Origin: Hydrolagus colliei
Lineage: Eukaryota
Reading direction: 5' to 3'
Length of the DNA: 64,000 nucleotides
Assembly (NCBI GenBank): GCA_035084275.1
Contig: CM068749.1
Location: 13,578,001 to 13,642,000 of the forward strand
Positions 63,161 to 64,000 of this stretch are shown here, piece by piece; within the stretch, counting starts at the first letter, position 1, and each line of letters begins with the position of its first letter. Made by a program: the position numbers and the translations under genes. The notes beneath the pieces were generated by a model. The model was given only the letters and a program-made list of their open reading frames with translations. It had not been told where the DNA came from and did no database searches.

Positions 63161-64000
63161 GTAAGTATTTGATTTTATTGTTCATCTGCAAGTAATAAAA
63201 AAAAACTTTATTTTCTGCAAATCTACTTGTGAATATAGCACTAGTTCAGGAGAACTGTCAAACCTAGACCAGAAGGTTTGAGCCACCAGCTGCGATTTAA
63301 GCTCAAATGTTTGTGAGACATTCAAGAGTTATGGCTGTAGTCTCAGTTGTAGCCTTCAAAGCAACAAAATGGTGGATAAAAGGCATCTCTGCAAGTCAAA
63401 ATTAACATGGGAGAGCGGGAACTTTCTCCTGTCTGAATCAAACCTGCACAAATGAGATACTTGGATCTCTTTGTTGAGCAGAACAAACGGAAATTACACT
63501 GAATTTCAACCTTTTGTGCTTCCACATTCACTGATGATAAGCTTCATTGCACTCGGATGGCCCTGAATCGCATCCCAGTATTTTCATGAACAGGGTTTCA
63601 AGGTACAAATGTAAGCCAGTCTGACAAACACGTGGGTATTTGATTAAAACAATAAGCATTCAATTTAACCTGTTTCTTTCTACACTCAGTCAGTACCTTA
63701 TGGTGATGATGGGCGTGTGCTGTACATCGTAAGAGTAGAGTTAAGTTTATGGTGCAAAGGGGGCAGGAATTTCATGTCATTCTTTTATGGCTTTGTATGT
63801 ATAAGTGTGTAGGTTTGGGCATTGGCAGATCATTTGTTTGTTAACAAGTGGCATTTAAAAAAAAGTAATCCAACTGGAATCCCCGATAGACACCAGCCTC
63901 ATTCTTCGACAGTTTAATAGTAAGACAAAGAAGACGAGACAACAATGAAACGATAAAACCCTAATTAATCCAATTCATTTAAAAATGTTCCCAATCCCTA

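Noticed and set aside
673-63531. Most ORF-track entries of 60-130 aa
   Set aside because: Intronic with no recognisable protein motifs. The only meaningful ones overlap VAV3 exons or LINE ORF2 remnants.
1-64000. CRISPR arrays, prokaryotic operons, rRNA, nested protein-coding gene on the - strand
   Set aside because: Eukaryotic intron-exon DNA; no regularly spaced repeat-spacer units, rRNA motifs or coherent antisense exon chain seen

Overview
AT-rich, CpG-depleted vertebrate genomic DNA. The repeat content (tRNA-headed DeuSINEs, L2 and CR1 LINE fragments, Penelope-like remnants) points to a cartilaginous fish, probably a chimaera such as Callorhinchus (inference). The whole window lies inside one + strand gene, VAV3 (Rho/Rac guanine nucleotide exchange factor). 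I read 24 consecutive GT-AG coding exons by hand (exons 2-25, numbered by homology to human VAV3 as I recall it). They join in one open frame and cover CH, acidic, DH, PH, C1, N-SH3 and SH2 domains. Exon 1 and the last two exons lie outside the window, and intron 2 is about 28 kb. Apart from a few that overlap real exons, the ORF-track entries are spurious or LINE fragments. The best finding is an in-frame ATG (MPMFKFVL) just upstream of the 23-nt micro-exon 18. It resembles the N-terminus of the mammalian GEF-less VAV3.1 isoform, and its A coincides with the predicted branch-point adenosine. Other observations: a His-rich C1-SH3 linker, two long perfect hairpins, a head-to-head SINE pair, covarying SINE/L2 3' stem-loops with tail-only insertions, and a CpG-rich ETS/E-box cluster. 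I found no support for a wholly new biological system. Repeat boundaries are approximate and repeat family names come from memory.
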